Source: Escherichia phage AV126. From it: a stretch of DNA of 64,000 nt. A model generated the notes under the pieces. It ran no database searches, had not been told where the DNA came from, and was given only the letters and a program-made list of their open reading frames with translations. Numbering within the stretch: the stretch's first letter is position 1; the number at the start of each line of letters is the position of its first letter. The stretch lies in sequence record OR352956.1, one strand, 5' to 3'. A program made the position numbers and the translations under genes. Below, in pieces: positions 34,950-44,023 of the stretch.

Positions 34950-35294
34950 ATGATTAAACTTTTATGTGCAGAGTCTTCTGTCGAGTTCCTTAAAGAGGGT
35001 AAGCAGTATCTAGCTTCCCAAGTTATAGATAATCCAGGTTTGTTTTATATTACAGACGAAGAAGGGGATACCCTGTGTATCTCTTTGATTATGGATTGTG
35101 GTCGGTTTCATGTAATTGAGGATGACACTATTCGTCTCTTTGAGGTTTCCTACACAAAAGACAATGGTCCTGTCCGTAAATATCAAATTCCCGCAAAATC
35201 CGCCTTTAACGCATGTGTACGATTAGGTCAAATCTACGGGGACGATAAAGATTGTCGTGAAGACGTGTTTATCAATGTGATCGAGGTAAAATAA
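34950..35294 (+). CDS. hypothetical protein (114 aa)
   Basis: AAGGAGAGAAAA SD. Confidence 0.55.
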   Translation: MIKLLCAESSVEFLKEGKQYLASQVIDNPGLFYITDEEGDTLCISLIMDCGRFHVIEDDTIRLFEVSYTKDNGPVRKYQIPAKSAFNACVRLGQIYGDDKDCREDVFINVIEVK

Positions 35295-35620
35295 TGAAAA
35301 CAAGTAAAGATTTGATGGAGTTTTATAAAATTTATCTAGCATGGATTGATGTTGGTGCTCCTGATGGTAAACCTTTTCGGCGGGATTGTGGTTTGTGTGC
35401 CAACTTGTTCGATTATGTGCACAGAGGTAATTACAACCCCATTATAACAACCTTATCAGATGAAATGCACGCACAGTTTTACCATAAAAGGTTGAATCAA
35501 GGACTCCCTTTCAATGAGAACTACGATGCATATGTCTTAGAGTCAGATGCAGATGCCTGTCACCTGAACGTGGACAGAATTAATTGGGTAAGAGATCGTA
35601 TTGCAGAGGAGGATGAATAA
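35294..35620 (+). CDS. paralogous family A protein, copy 3 (108 aa)
   Basis: Family A motif. Confidence 0.6.
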   Translation: MKTSKDLMEFYKIYLAWIDVGAPDGKPFRRDCGLCANLFDYVHRGNYNPIITTLSDEMHAQFYHKRLNQGLPFNENYDAYVLESDADACHLNVDRINWVRDRIAEEDE

Positions 35621-35847
35621 TGTCGGATTATAACTGGTATGAACTTGAAGCTGTTTGTCAGTTTTATGATTCAATAGTTCTGCGTGATCCAATCTGTCAA
35701 GAATTGAGTCGCCGTGCAAGTGCATTGGCAATCCGTGTTAAAATAAATGGTTGGAACCCAGACTTGGAAAAAGAGTTGGAATTTCTCTTAGAAACAACAC
35801 GTGTCTTCCACAAAGTGTTCCCTGAATGGTTCGAGATGGAAGAATGA
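35620..35847 (+). CDS. hypothetical protein (75 aa)
   Basis: GAGGAGG SD. Confidence 0.5.
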   Translation: MSDYNWYELEAVCQFYDSIVLRDPICQELSRRASALAIRVKINGWNPDLEKELEFLLETTRVFHKVFPEWFEMEE

Positions 35848-36065
35848 TCATGTGGATTGTACGTCTTAAATATGATGGCCCTGATCCTTGGGTGCATAAC
35901 GTTTGCGGTTGTGATTCCGAACAAGCAGCACATAAAGCAGGAAGAGCAGTAAGTGCCTTCTATAATGACAAACCTCTTTGTTTAGAAATGGCAGGTGTGG
36001 TTTGTATGAGTATGTTCGAATACTACTCTTATGAAATCAAAGAACACCAAGGGGAATGGAAATAA
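35844..36065 (+). CDS. hypothetical protein (about 73 aa)
   Basis: ORF; start 35826/35844/35850 ambiguous. Confidence 0.45.
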   Translation: MIMWIVRLKYDGPDPWVHNVCGCDSEQAAHKAGRAVSAFYNDKPLCLEMAGVVCMSMFEYYSYEIKEHQGEWK

Positions 36066-36127
36066 ATCGTTGACAGAAGGATCTGTCTTTGTCATAATCA
36101 TCTCATCGAAACAAAGAGGAGAAAATC

Positions 36128-36541
36128 ATGAAAAAGTTTATTTGCACCCGTTCCACTAACAGTGATATCCTTGTAGGTAAGGTTATCAAAGGAGAACTCT
36201 TCCATGCAAATGGTAAGAAATATATCCTGCTGAAAGATTCTTTCAACGGGGAATATCCGCGCTGCACTTTCTTCAATTACAACACTCCATTTGCTTTAGA
36301 AGGAGATGCTTGGGAATGGGCTGAACTCAATCCTTGTTGTGAGGAAGAAGAATCTATGTTCTTAGGTTTAAACGTTTACCGTGTAGATTACACCATGTGC
36401 GGAGCGGAACATTCTGTTCGCGTAGAAGCCGAATCCAAACTACAAGCACCTTTCAAGGCGGGGTTGACTTTGGGTCATTGTTTGGCAAACATTGAAGATG
36501 TTGTGATCCAAAGAGTTGTTTTAGAGAAAGAGGCTATTTGA
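36128..36541 (+). CDS. hypothetical protein (137 aa)
   Basis: AGAGGAGAAAA SD. Confidence 0.55.
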   Translation: MKKFICTRSTNSDILVGKVIKGELFHANGKKYILLKDSFNGEYPRCTFFNYNTPFALEGDAWEWAELNPCCEEEESMFLGLNVYRVDYTMCGAEHSVRVEAESKLQAPFKAGLTLGHCLANIEDVVIQRVVLEKEAI

Positions 36542-36594
36542 TAGAAGACGGTGCAATATTTAAAATATAAAAATTAACCACAAAGGAGATAGAT

Positions 36595-36894
36595 ATGCAA
36601 GTTGAAGACCTGATCAACATTCTGAATAAAGCCAAAGAGAAAGGGGCTATTAAGGACTGGAAACGTGAAACAAGTGAAGACCTATCTCACTGTTGCCGAG
36701 AATTTTACATCGAAGGTATTGCTGACGATCATTATATTATCGAATGGTATATCAACTTAATGACTCTTAAGCACGGTTCGTTTGAGGTTTGGTTTGATGA
36801 CATTGATGTAAATGGTTTTCATCCTGGCTATAAAATTGCTATGCAGTTATCTTATCGTAGAGAAGTTGTAGCACATTTGGGTTTACATAACTAA
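36595..36894 (+). CDS. hypothetical protein (99 aa)
   Basis: AAAGGAGATAG SD. Confidence 0.55.
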   Translation: MQVEDLINILNKAKEKGAIKDWKRETSEDLSHCCREFYIEGIADDHYIIEWYINLMTLKHGSFEVWFDDIDVNGFHPGYKIAMQLSYRREVVAHLGLHN

Positions 36895-36904
36895 GGAGAA
36901 AAGA

Positions 36905-37228
36905 ATGCAAGCAGTTGTTAACGAAGCTATTATGAACTTATCCTTCTTGTTAGCTGGTTTAGGAGGTGTTCTCATAGGTTTGGCTCTTATCTGGTGTATT
37001 CGTCGATTAATCGGGTACCGACAAAAAGGTGTTTCATGTTTTGTATCTTACAATTTTACAACTGCTTACAGCAATGAGGTTGGATCTGGTAATGCTCAAG
37101 CATTTTTACCAACATATCCTCCTACAGTAGAAGATATTCGAAACTTGGAAGTAGAACTTATGGGACTAGGTGATAACTATACATCTCTAGTTATTCAAAA
37201 TATTTTTCGACTAAAACAGGAGGCGTGA
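36905..37228 (+). CDS. hypothetical membrane protein (107 aa)
   Basis: TM-like LSFLLAGLGGVLIGLALIWCI. Confidence 0.5.
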   Translation: MQAVVNEAIMNLSFLLAGLGGVLIGLALIWCIRRLIGYRQKGVSCFVSYNFTTAYSNEVGSGNAQAFLPTYPPTVEDIRNLEVELMGLGDNYTSLVIQNIFRLKQEA

Positions 37229-37441
37229 ATGAAGGTACATTACCCTCATCCCTTTGATCCTAAAAACAAAGCCGTAATTCTTCGTCAGTGGCAACGGGTT
37301 TGCCGTACTAAATGTCCAATCAATAGCCCACACAATGTAGACAAGGACTATCTTGGGACATTTATTGAATACACTTACATAGACAAAAACAAGCGTAAAC
37401 AACATGTCGAGGAATACTGCTTAAGAGTAGAATGGCTGTAA
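37229..37441 (+). CDS. hypothetical protein (70 aa)
   Basis: AGGAGG SD. Confidence 0.5.
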   Translation: MKVHYPHPFDPKNKAVILRQWQRVCRTKCPINSPHNVDKDYLGTFIEYTYIDKNKRKQHVEEYCLRVEWL

Positions 37442-37454
37442 ATAATAAATACCT

Positions 37455-37482
37455 TGACAAGTGTTTATTCGTTTTGTAAAGT
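37455..37482 (+). promoter_or_regulatory. sigma70-like promoter for serine recombinase
   Basis: TTGACA - 16 nt - TAAAGT, ~30 nt upstream of ATG 37512. Confidence 0.55.
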
Positions 37483-37511
37483 GAGAATACAGCAATGGTT
37501 TAGGAGTGGTT

Positions 37512-38183
37512 ATGAAAAAGTTTGTTGTTTACAGTCGTCTTTCTAAACAGAAAAAAGGTGAGGCACAATATGGTATGGAGAGCCAAGAGAATGATATCCG
37601 TTACTTCTTAGACTCTGTGCCTGATGCGGAAGTTATTGGTCAATTTTCTGAATACTATTCGGGTAAGGGTGATTGGAAGCAACGTAAGGAACTGGTTAAA
37701 GCGGTTGAAATGTGTAAAGCTACCGGAGCAACTTTATTGGTAGCTAAAGTTGACCGCTTGGGTCGTAACAACGCCTCCGTAGCAACTCTTCTAGAAATGA
37801 TCGATGTTAAGATAGCCATCATGCCAGACGCAGATAAAATGGTTATACAGCTTCTGTCTGTTCTGGCTGAACAAGAAGTTAGAGGTATTGCTGATCGTAT
37901 TAAAAAGGGTCTTGCTGTAGCAAAAAGCAAAGGTGTTTTATTAGGCAGTGCTAATCCTAAAACTGCCGCTGCACGTAGAAAAGGAAAAATGGAATACAAC
38001 TCTGTTAAAGCAGACGCTTTTGCAGAGACATTCCGTGAACGCTTGGAGATCCTTAGAGATTTAAATACACCTTACAAAACTATTGCTGAAAAATTCAATA
38101 GTAAGAAAATAGCAACAGCACGTGGTGGTAAATGGGATGCTAAAACTGTTTCTCGTTTGTGTGCCAGACTGAACATTAAATAG
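37512..38183 (+). CDS. serine recombinase (resolvase/invertase family, 223 aa)
   Basis: N-terminal VYSRLSKQ (YxRVS catalytic-Ser motif), VAKVDRLGRN (DRLGR motif), C-terminal HTH-like; own promoter at 37455-37482. Confidence 0.7.
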   Translation: MKKFVVYSRLSKQKKGEAQYGMESQENDIRYFLDSVPDAEVIGQFSEYYSGKGDWKQRKELVKAVEMCKATGATLLVAKVDRLGRNNASVATLLEMIDVKIAIMPDADKMVIQLLSVLAEQEVRGIADRIKKGLAVAKSKGVLLGSANPKTAAARRKGKMEYNSVKADAFAETFRERLEILRDLNTPYKTIAEKFNSKKIATARGGKWDAKTVSRLCARLNIK

Positions 38184-38191
38184 GAGAGGAT

Positions 38192-38614
38192 ATGAAACAA
38201 GAAAATGAATCTGTAGATCACTTAATCATGCTGTCAGCCCTTTTTGCCGGATGGAACGTATTTTTTGAAAATTTGTTCAATTCTGCTACAGATGGTTCCG
38301 ATTTTATGCGCCAGTTTAAACGACGAACTGTTGAGGACTATGCTTTCTATTCAGGTCGGATTGAAAAAGGTTACGAAGATACAAATACAACACTCACCAT
38401 TAAAGTTTTAGATGTGATGTTTAGTGTTATAGATGCTATCGACGAAAGTCTTCCGATCCTAGACAATTGTAATACGAAAGCCTATGTTTACAAAATAGCT
38501 CGTGCTTATGTGTCTGCAAACAGTTGTCTTCTTTCCGCCCAGATTGCCGTGAACAATCTTGCCAACTTGTTCGATGAAGGAGAAACTTTTTATGACAATC
38601 GATTTGAAGTGTAA
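38192..38614 (+). CDS. hypothetical protein (140 aa)
   Basis: AGGAGAGGA SD. Confidence 0.5.
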   Translation: MKQENESVDHLIMLSALFAGWNVFFENLFNSATDGSDFMRQFKRRTVEDYAFYSGRIEKGYEDTNTTLTIKVLDVMFSVIDAIDESLPILDNCNTKAYVYKIARAYVSANSCLLSAQIAVNNLANLFDEGETFYDNRFEV

Positions 38615-38957
38615 GAGGATTCTTTTAGATTTCTATAATAATTGGTTAGAACACCTCCGTCTCTTTCCAAGAGAAAGTGGTTACGCTGATGTTGGCTTAT
38701 GCCGAGGTCTACGTATGTATATAAGTGATGAATTTCGGGCCGAGCATTCTTTAGCATATTCTGTTTATGGTATGCAATTAGCCAGTTTTGAAAACGCTGG
38801 CTTAGATACAACTTTCCCATTTAACACAGCAAAATCTTTTGAGCAAGAGTGTAAGGAAAAACGTTGCATGTTTAATGAAAAACGTGTACAGTGGGTTAAG
38901 GATCGAGTTAAACAACTGGAACAAGAGTTGGATTTCTTCTATGATGAGGCAGAATAA
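38592..38957 (+). CDS. paralogous family A protein, copy 4 (121 aa)
   Basis: ATG 38592 after GAAGGAG; family A motif. Confidence 0.55.
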   Translation: MTIDLKCKRILLDFYNNWLEHLRLFPRESGYADVGLCRGLRMYISDEFRAEHSLAYSVYGMQLASFENAGLDTTFPFNTAKSFEQECKEKRCMFNEKRVQWVKDRVKQLEQELDFFYDEAE

Positions 38958-39229
38958 TGGATAGACAAACCTTAAAAACAATGGCAGATGCCACTAATTC
39001 CCCGTACTTTGAAAAAGTAAGTAAATTGGTAGCTCAAGCCGCAGAGGAAGGATATTATAACATAAACATCCACAACCCAAGTCTTATACTAGAAATGCCA
39101 AGTGATAAGAAGATACAAGAGAGTATCTGTGAAGGTATTGTTAGTTACTGGCGCGAGCGTGGGTGTGGTGCAAACATGGCTTTAGACAGTGCAAACATTG
39201 TAAGATATATAAATATTTCTTGGGGGTGA
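38957..39229 (+). CDS. hypothetical protein (90 aa)
   Basis: ORF, overlapping start/stop. Confidence 0.5.
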   Translation: MDRQTLKTMADATNSPYFEKVSKLVAQAAEEGYYNINIHNPSLILEMPSDKKIQESICEGIVSYWRERGCGANMALDSANIVRYINISWG

Positions 39230-39233
39230 TTTT

Positions 39234-39845
39234 ATGATTCAATGCACTCATATCCAAATTACTTGGAGAGATGAACTTTACCATTTGGGACAATTTACTG
39301 TAGGGGAAACATACCCTATCATTAAACATAATCCTAACATCGCAAACTTTGACAGGATGGTTCTTGTTGAGGACGATCTAGGTCAAACTTATTCTTTAGA
39401 TCTAAAATATCCGTTTTCTTACGGCTACGATTGGATCGTTACTTTTGAAGACGTGGAGGAAAATAAAACAATGAACGAAAAAAATTCTTGGTATTATCGT
39501 TGTGAACTGCCACCAGTAGGTGAAAAGGTTATCTTTGTCCCTGATTTGGAAAGATATTCTTGGGACAGTTCTTATTCTGTTCCTAAAGAAGGCACCGAAG
39601 TTGAAGTTATTGCACATCGCACAACTTCGCATGGTAACGATGTAGCAGTTGTTTTCTGGGATGATGAAGGCGCTGCTTGTGCAGGTGGCTTTGTTGCAGG
39701 TAATTTTGAACCCCTGCCAGATCCTTTGAAGGAGGCAATTTTAGGCGTAGCTTCTTTTGGACTCTCTTACACATCTGCACAAGAGATCGTAGAAGGTATT
39801 TTAAACGGTACCGTTCCAAACGAAATTTTTAAACAGATTAAATAA
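39234..39845 (+). CDS. hypothetical protein (203 aa)
   Basis: ORF followed by terminator-like hairpin at 39851. Confidence 0.55.
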   Translation: MIQCTHIQITWRDELYHLGQFTVGETYPIIKHNPNIANFDRMVLVEDDLGQTYSLDLKYPFSYGYDWIVTFEDVEENKTMNEKNSWYYRCELPPVGEKVIFVPDLERYSWDSSYSVPKEGTEVEVIAHRTTSHGNDVAVVFWDDEGAACAGGFVAGNFEPLPDPLKEAILGVASFGLSYTSAQEIVEGILNGTVPNEIFKQIK

Positions 39846-39850
39846 TAGTT

Positions 39851-39880
39851 GCACCCCGTTCTGCGGGGTGTTATTGTATA
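39851..39880 (+). terminator. terminator-like hairpin
   Basis: CACCCCGTTCTGCGGGGTG + TTATTGTAT. Confidence 0.55.
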
Positions 39881-39896
39881 TGTAAAGGAGGCGCTA

Positions 39897-40235
39897 ATGT
39901 ATTACACTGAAGACTACATATTGTATAACTTTTTTAAAGGTTGGTTGAAATGGGCGGAACAAGCTCCTGTCGGAGATTGTGTTTTTCCTTGGGATTCTCG
40001 TCAAGGCTTGTGTCGTTGTTTGGAAGATTGGCTTATAACCACAAACTACAATTCAGAAACTAAGAAATCTACATCAAACAGATTAAAAATGTTATTTGAA
40101 GAAGATGGTTTAGATCCAATTTATCCTTTCGGTGCTGAAAGCTTCCACAATGGTCTTTTTCTTGGCACTCAACATTATGACAAAGATCGCGTAGATTGGG
40201 TAAAAGAAAAGGTAGCACAGTATGAATGGGGCTAA
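39897..40235 (+). CDS. paralogous family A protein, copy 5 (112 aa)
   Basis: ATG 39897 after AAGGAGG; family A motif. Confidence 0.55.
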   Translation: MYYTEDYILYNFFKGWLKWAEQAPVGDCVFPWDSRQGLCRCLEDWLITTNYNSETKKSTSNRLKMLFEEDGLDPIYPFGAESFHNGLFLGTQHYDKDRVDWVKEKVAQYEWG

Positions 40236-40425
40236 GACTTATCATCGTTGGTTAGAAAGTTATATTAAGAAATGTGAACTTGGTGTTCCAGGTTATACTT
40301 ACGACACGGACGAGATTCTTGATGAGATGGAAGTTTGGTTTAAAGAGCCTCGTGAACTATTGTCAAATATTCTAATGGCTTGGGATGGTACAGCACAAAG
40401 CATCGGAGGAGGTAGAAATGAGTAA
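40222..40425 (+). CDS. hypothetical protein (67 aa)
   Basis: ORF in co-oriented block. Confidence 0.45.
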   Translation: MNGAKTYHRWLESYIKKCELGVPGYTYDTDEILDEMEVWFKEPRELLSNILMAWDGTAQSIGGGRNE

Positions 40426-40569
40426 GAAATTGTTTAATATTCGTGAGAACCGTGATGGATCGTTCTCTGTAGTTAATGAGTTTAACGTTTCGGTTGGGAC
40501 TTTTATTACTAAACGTCAAGCAGAACAAGTAAGAGATACTTTAAACAAGTAAGTTTTTAAGGGGGACTT

Positions 40570-40989
40570 ATGTTAGGTAAGATCAAAGCTTTTTTCAAAC
40601 GTATTATTGAAGGAAGTCCAACAGAAGGTGCATTAGGAAGATCTCTAACAGGAGAACCACTTTCCATAATTTCTATCAGTCGGTATGGTGGATATTCAAT
40701 TCGACAAACACCTTTAGGTATAGAAGGTAGTATGCTTTCTTGGACAATATCTCAAGTTGGTGATAACAGACTTGCAGCTATAGCGTTACTTCGTGGGGAG
40801 TATGACCACTGTTTATCAGCATCTTGTAAAAAGCACCTCATAGAGCACATTAGAGACAGAGTAGAAAGAGAAGGCGGATACTTCTTCGAAACTAAGAGAA
40901 ACGAACAAGGAACTCTTGACTTCACTAAGGTTTACTGGGACAATCATACTCGTCAAACTGTTGAACAACTTCTGGAGGAAAGATGTTAA
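40570..40989 (+). CDS. hypothetical protein (139 aa)
   Basis: AAGGGGGA SD. Confidence 0.5.
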   Translation: MLGKIKAFFKRIIEGSPTEGALGRSLTGEPLSIISISRYGGYSIRQTPLGIEGSMLSWTISQVGDNRLAAIALLRGEYDHCLSASCKKHLIEHIRDRVEREGGYFFETKRNEQGTLDFTKVYWDNHTRQTVEQLLEERC

Positions 40990-41192
40990 AAGCTTTTGCT
41001 ATATACTCTACTGTAGGATTCTTTTATTGGATTATAGTTATTGTCGGATGTTGGTTAGGTTCTTGTGTTGTGATGGGAGAATGGTTAACATACAATGTAT
41101 TCGAATGGGATGTAGTTTGTAGATCATTACTTGTTATATGGACTGCTATTGTTTGTTGGATAACTGTTAGTCTAACATTAGATCTATATTGA
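40983..41192 (+). CDS. hypothetical membrane protein (69 aa)
   Basis: Two TM-like segments. Confidence 0.45.
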   Translation: MLKAFAIYSTVGFFYWIIVIVGCWLGSCVVMGEWLTYNVFEWDVVCRSLLVIWTAIVCWITVSLTLDLY

Positions 41193-41293
41193 TTAATAGA
41201 TGGTAGATAGATGATCATAGTTTATCTACCTTCACTTACGTTTCATACCTCACTATCGTGAGTAACATGAAACATTATTATATAGAAATCTAC

Positions 41294-41351
41294 TACTCGC
41301 TATCGCTCGTAAACATATGTTTAGGGTACCATACTTTTTTGAAAAAGTCAA
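41294..41351. repeat. ~58-bp repeated intergenic element, copy 2
   Basis: ACTCGCTATCGCTCG + palindrome TAAACATATGTTTA + TTAGGGTACCATACTTTTTTGAAAAAGTCAA. Confidence 0.6.
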
Positions 41352-41485
41352 TGGTGACTCACCTATCAATTATCTGTTTAAGATAAGTCTTACCTATCAA
41401 TCTAACTCTTAACTAGTATTGCACCTATAGTAAGACTATTCCTATAGTTATTAACCCTCTTCTTCTGTAGAATGTAATTAGATCC

Positions 41486-41514
41486 TTGACAAACTCACAA
41501 AACTTGTGTTACAT
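41486..41514 (+). promoter_or_regulatory. sigma70-like promoter
   Basis: TTGACA - 17 nt - TTACAT, upstream of ORF 41553. Confidence 0.55.
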
Positions 41515-41552
41515 TGTGTCTCACAGGTGAATAATACCGAACAGGAGGAAGA

Positions 41553-41768
41553 ATGAGTTCCAATTTTCTATACAAAGCAAAAGATTCACGAGATGGAGAG
41601 AACCATTGGTGGTTGATCACAGAAGATGGTGTTATCATCCTACCGTGGGACGGAGAGACGAAAGTTCAAATATTAGAGAAAGTAAAAGGTGTTAGTTTTA
41701 ATGTTAGTCATGATATAACAACTTTCAAAGCTTTTGCTATGAATCCTAATCTTGTTGCTGAATGGTAA
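41553..41768 (+). CDS. hypothetical protein (71 aa)
   Basis: AGGAGGAAG SD; promoter at 41486-41514. Confidence 0.55.
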   Translation: MSSNFLYKAKDSRDGENHWWLITEDGVIILPWDGETKVQILEKVKGVSFNVSHDITTFKAFAMNPNLVAEW

Positions 41769-41781
41769 TCCAGGAGAAAAT

Positions 41782-42000
41782 ATGACTAAAATGTATGCAG
41801 CCGTTGATAAGCTGGATGGGTCTGATTCTGTTTTTATTTTGAATAAAATGGGTGTCTTAGTTTATGCCCGAACTTCTCAAAACATAGAACACCAAGTGGA
41901 AGCAGCACAAATTTTAGAGCAAATAACCCCTCCATACCTATACTCAAATGTTGAGCGTTTTAACGATGCACTTGGTTTGACGTTAATAGCGGAATGGTAG
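41782..42000 (+). CDS. hypothetical protein (72 aa)
   Basis: ATG 41782 after AGGAGAAAA. Confidence 0.5.
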   Translation: MTKMYAAVDKLDGSDSVFILNKMGVLVYARTSQNIEHQVEAAQILEQITPPYLYSNVERFNDALGLTLIAEW

Positions 42001-42002
42001 TA

Positions 42003-42200
42003 ATGGCGAAAATGTTGGAAATTGATAATGTCGTAACAATCACTACGTCCATACCTTGTCCTCCTATGCCTTGCCCCTATTGTGGTGGTGCAGGATATGT
42101 TATGGCGGACGTAGGTCAAATTTACGAGTGCAACCCGTGCAAAACCACAGGTTATATCCAAATAGAATCAGAGGAGAAACACTATGAGCCAAAACGCTAA
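42003..42200 (+). CDS. hypothetical Cys-rich protein (about 65 aa)
   Basis: CPPMPCPYCGG...CNPC zinc-ribbon-like. Confidence 0.45.
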   Translation: MAKMLEIDNVVTITTSIPCPPMPCPYCGGAGYVMADVGQIYECNPCKTTGYIQIESEEKHYEPKR

Positions 42201-42633
42201 AGAAAAAGAAGTAATCACGGTAATCCGTCAGATGGAAGGTGCCGAAAACAATGCTTTTGTTACTAAGATTCTTCTTAATATCTTTGAAGATGTTATTTTA
42301 AACAACCCTGGTCATAAAGATTATCAGTATGATGTTATGATGGGTGCTTTGCTTGAGATTAACAAAAACACTTTTGCTGAATATGAGCAACACATGCTTT
42401 TACCAGAGGAAGATCAGGATTATTTGTTATCTGGTGCTTTAAGTGCACAAGAAAATTTCTACCACGTTCTTAATATGGCTTATGCAGATGAACTTGCTGT
42501 TTCCCTTGAAGAGCGTATTCAAATGGTTCGTGATGTGATGAATGAACAAATCCAAGAAGTTGAAGACTTGGTAGCAGAACCTTTAGCAGAAATTCGTGCA
42601 GCTATTGAAAAACAAAAAGGAACTCAATCATGA
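42184..42633 (+). CDS. hypothetical protein (149 aa)
   Basis: ORF in co-oriented block. Confidence 0.5.
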   Translation: MSQNAKEKEVITVIRQMEGAENNAFVTKILLNIFEDVILNNPGHKDYQYDVMMGALLEINKNTFAEYEQHMLLPEEDQDYLLSGALSAQENFYHVLNMAYADELAVSLEERIQMVRDVMNEQIQEVEDLVAEPLAEIRAAIEKQKGTQS

Positions 42634-42797
42634 TGCAAGTAGGTGATGTGGTTTGCCTTAAAGGTGCAAACAAACAAATGACAGTAATAGAAAGTTATGG
42701 TGAATCTTGTAAAGTAACTTGGTTCGATGAAAACGGGGAATTGCAACACGCCATATTCGATCAAAAAGCTTTGAGGAAGGTTGAAGAAAAAGAATGA
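42630..42797 (+). CDS. hypothetical small protein (55 aa)
   Basis: ATGA overlap with both neighbours; below ORF-track cut-off. Confidence 0.4.
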   Translation: MMQVGDVVCLKGANKQMTVIESYGESCKVTWFDENGELQHAIFDQKALRKVEEKE

Positions 42798-43057
42798 GCC
42801 ATCCGTCAATATTTTTCTGTTTTGTAGATCTTGAAAACGAGTCTTTAATCGTTGATAGTGAGGGTTACTTCACTTATTGGGAATCCGAGCACGAAACTAT
42901 AAGTGTAGTGAAAGAAATTATGCAAACCAATCCAAGCCTACCAGCGCATAAGTACGGTATTGCAAAAGTGTTTGTTACTAAAACAGAGTACACAAAAGAG
43001 CGAAGCACTTTGTACCATAATATTGAAGTGATTCACTATTTCAAAGATGTTATTTAG
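42794..43057 (+). CDS. hypothetical protein (87 aa)
   Basis: ORF in co-oriented block. Confidence 0.5.
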   Translation: MSHPSIFFCFVDLENESLIVDSEGYFTYWESEHETISVVKEIMQTNPSLPAHKYGIAKVFVTKTEYTKERSTLYHNIEVIHYFKDVI

Positions 43058-43065
43058 GAGGTTAT

Positions 43066-43674
43066 ATGGAAGAGAAGATTTGGGATGGTAAAGATCCTTT
43101 AGAAGTTGGACACGTAGCGCGTGTCAAAAAATCTACTACAGGTCCTGGTTTTTCTGGTTTGTATCATATACCAGAAGAAGGTCAGCACGTTACAATTTTG
43201 GCTCGTGACAAACAAAACGGAGCAACGCCTGTGTGGATTGTTCGTTGGTATGACAAAGATCTTAACATTTGCTTGTCACCTATTATGGCTCATTTGCTGG
43301 AAGCCCCTTGCTCTGAAGAAGCTCTAATTTTTGTTTCGGCTTTTCAGAAAGCCACAGGTTTAACATTAGATGCAAAAGATGTGCAAAAAGCATTTGACAT
43401 TATTCAGGAAGACAACGATACTACATCTAACGACGAACTGGTTGAAGTTACAATCTTATCTTCAGCAGATATCCGAGAGATTGATAATTGTGATTTTCCA
43501 ATCACATTTAAAATGTCGCAGAAAGACATGCAGTCATCTGGAAGTTGTTTTGGTATACCTCGTTGGTTTTTTGATTCTATCAAAAATTCTACTACAGAGG
43601 GATCAGACTATGATCAAGATGACGTGCTTTGGTTCTTAAAAAACCGAGAGATTGTTCTCTCACCACTTAAATAA
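43066..43674 (+). CDS. hypothetical protein (202 aa)
   Basis: AGGAGG SD. Confidence 0.55.
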   Translation: MEEKIWDGKDPLEVGHVARVKKSTTGPGFSGLYHIPEEGQHVTILARDKQNGATPVWIVRWYDKDLNICLSPIMAHLLEAPCSEEALIFVSAFQKATGLTLDAKDVQKAFDIIQEDNDTTSNDELVEVTILSSADIREIDNCDFPITFKMSQKDMQSSGSCFGIPRWFFDSIKNSTTEGSDYDQDDVLWFLKNREIVLSPLK

Positions 43675-43837
43675 GGAGAAATAATGGTTTCATTTATCGT
43701 AGGTGTAGTTGTAGGCTATCTTATTAACAAATATCAAGACGTTATCACGGCAAAAGTAAAAGACATTTTAGACTCATCTAAATAATCTATCAAAGCTGCA
43801 TCTTCAATAGGTGCAGCCTTTTAAAAGGAGATATGGC

Positions 43838-44011
43838 ATGACTAAACGCACTGATTTTAAATGTATGCATTGTGGGAAATCTTTTGGGGATCATCAAGCT
43901 CGCACATTCAACTGTCCACGTAAAGGTCGCGGAAATTTTAAAGGTTTTAATCCCGCACATGTTTATTCTCCAGATTACGATAAGCCAGAAGAAGAAAAAT
44001 TTGTTATTTAA
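43838..44011 (+). CDS. hypothetical basic Cys-containing protein (57 aa)
   Basis: ATG 43838 after AAAGGAG; CMHCG....CPRKG. Confidence 0.4.
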   Translation: MTKRTDFKCMHCGKSFGDHQARTFNCPRKGRGNFKGFNPAHVYSPDYDKPEEEKFVI

Positions 44012-44023
44012 TAAGGAGGTCAT

